Source: Chrysomallon squamiferum
Lineage: Eukaryota > Animalia > Mollusca
Length of the DNA stretch: 64,000 bases
NCBI GenBank assembly: GCA_012295275.1
Contig: CM022677.1
Span: forward strand, 10,044,001-10,108,000
Direction: 5' to 3'
Made by a program: the position numbers and the translations under genes. Each line of letters begins with the position of its first letter. The first letter of the stretch is position 1. Of the stretch, positions 61,726 through 64,000 are shown in pieces. Under the pieces are notes generated by a model. The model saw only the letters and a program-made list of their open reading frames with translations. It was not told where the DNA came from and did no database searches.

Positions 61726-64000
61726 TTTATAGGCTCATACAACATGCACTGACAATTTTTCTTTTAATGAAATGTTAATATTTATTTTTAGTGAAGTTTT
61801 GTTGTTACACTGCTTTATGAAATAGCACAAGCTTCTGCCCAAATCCACACTGCTGGTTTGCTGTAACGAGCTGATTATAAATTTAAAAAAACTTTGTTTA
61901 GATGCAAGAGAATAGATTAGTAAAATAGTTTAAGGAATAAAAAACCCAATAAGATTGATAAAAAATATATATAAATTACAAATATATGAATTTTCAGAAC
62001 ATCCACAATGGTATTTAGATATTGATCTTCATTTGCAAATGTAGCACAGAACCCAGTTTAACCAGAAGTAATCACAAATAATTACTGGGCTAAATGAATA
62101 AACCTGCCACATCAACAACAACAACAACAGCTACAAAAACCCAGCAGTAATTAAATATGTTTTAACCAGAAGGTATCAAGTAGACATTGATTTTCATTCA
62201 GAGCTGTGGCTCTGAGCTAAGCTAACAAGTGACAACAGTAATAACTTAGAAAAGACATAACTCTATGTCTATGTAAATACATTCACAGTTCAGATAGCAG
62301 CTACCGTGACAACAGCATGTTCACTATAAACTTATTTTATGAGATATCTCTTAAAACAACAATATCTAGGTAAGTAAATGCCATACCTGGCATGGTGAAG
62401 GACATGTACAGACCAACAGTATCAGTTTTCACAAAGCTCTCTGGACAATAGTGACAGCAACTACAATAACAGCAGCATATTGCTACAGAAAACTAGCATT
62501 TTAAATTGATTTTTTAATACAAGACAACCACAAAACAACAGTATCAATTTTCATGTAGTTCTCTGGACAACTGTGGGAAATATATGAAAGACAACTGCTA
62601 GAGACACTTTATTAAATCAATTTTATTCAAGTACTGCGTCGTCAGATGAGCAGGAAATCAACAACTGTCTTACACTCGTGTTCTGAGCTCTTCACTCAAC
62701 CATGGAAATAAGTTAATAGTTTAAGTAAATATTGTCCTCAGTCTACTGGATGTGTGAGTTACTACCTCAGTGAATCAACTGCGCACTAACATGGTGTTAT
62801 ATAAACAGCTCGGGACCACACGTGAAGAAGAAATATTTAGATTTGTTAAATAATTTTTGTATGAGAATCCTCTGAACATCAACAACTGAGTGAGGAAAAC
62901 TGCTTCTAGCTTACAGAAAAGCACTGATTATTAACAAATCCTATATTAATAAATGCTTGAAGAAAATCATTAAAAAATCTATATTTTTCATTAGAACACA
63001 CATGTAAGAGAATTTCAGTGCTGTCTTAACAGGGTTTTTTTTAAATTAGCAATATTCACCTTCCCAAATACAGCAATAAAATACCTCAACTTTGGTGAAA
63101 TAATAATTGTGATTACATTTTCACACAATCTAACCACTGAGCTACACTCATTTCCTAATTATCAGGAATGAGGCGATTGTAATAAGAATTATTATTTTTC
63201 CAGTCATTTCTCTAACCACCATGTTATACTCATTTCATAATTACTAGGTAAGTAAAGGCTTAAGCATATCAATATGACAAGAAAATTTCAAGAGGCTCAG
63301 TTGTGTATTAAAGGAGAAAAAATAAGACATTTTTAATCTAGGAAATGCAGCAGATTTAAATAAGAAAGTTTTGATGAATGTCGAATCTTTTCATACAAAC
63401 TGATTTTCTTTTACAACTTAATGTTCTTTTCTAGCAGAGTGATCACAGAGAAAATTATTTTATAGAATTTATCAATCCACCTGACTTAGAGATTTTATCA
63501 ATAAACAGTCATTATCTGTACTAGGCACACAGATTCCTAAATAACTTACAAAGCTGTGGTCCACTGAGTTTCAGGATGGATAATTCTGTGAAATCTAAGA
63601 TATCTGGCTTCTTATCTTTCTCACTTCATAATCAAAAATATTTTTATGTTTTAAAGTGAATTGGTTCTGCCCTGATTCACACCAGTTATGATGAATAGTC
63701 AATGCAGCCACCCGTACTTCTCCCACAACGCAAAGTATACTACATGTACTGCTCTGTTTATAAACTATATATATTTAATATATTTAGAAGACTGAGGTTG
63801 GTACTTTGGTGCATTCTTTCCAACAATGAACTACTACAACAACTGGGTTAATGTGAGTTGGTGTATATCAGAATAGATGTAATCAAACTCCAGTATAAAC
63901 ACAGATAAAGTTAATAAATGTATTTCTTTTATGTCAAACAATGCAGTGTTTAAAACTTTTGTTTCTGATTGAGTTCTTTCTGATTTCAGCTGAAGCATAC

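Noticed and set aside
63550-63585. 36-nt segment with good acceptor and donor on the - strand as a SQOR exon
   Set aside because: No frame resembles the expected upstream SQOR exon, and the phase-0 frame has a stop.

Overview
Very AT-rich, microsatellite-dense eukaryotic DNA with GT-AG introns. It looks like an animal, possibly a mollusc or cephalopod, but that is inference from composition only. Almost all ORF-track entries are low-complexity artefacts. Supported content: (1) one intact, intronless 602-aa secreted protein gene (23268-25076, +) with a TATA box, polyA signal and a decayed partial paralog just upstream; (2) an intronless, frameshifted prolyl 4-hydroxylase alpha copy (35291-36829, -) plus an inverted 300-bp P4HA fragment inside a 43-bp minisatellite; (3) the last two coding exons of sulfide:quinone oxidoreductase (SQOR, -; 58410-59184), which the ORF track misses; (4) local segmental duplications (about 3.6-8.0 kb = 41.0-45.6 kb; 2.15-2.83 kb = 12.35-13.09 kb) carrying decayed multi-exon genes I cannot name; (5) a degenerate interstitial (CCCTAA)n satellite next to a ~140-bp CpG-rich satellite; (6) DNA-transposon relics (Tc1/mariner-type MITE, pogo-like, hAT end, possible Harbinger), minisatellites and several hairpins. 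I found no rRNA, tRNA or CRISPR, and no clearly new multi-gene system. The best leads are the 602-aa gene, the unnamed duplicated gene family and the P4HA inverted pair. All coordinates and translations were read by eye.
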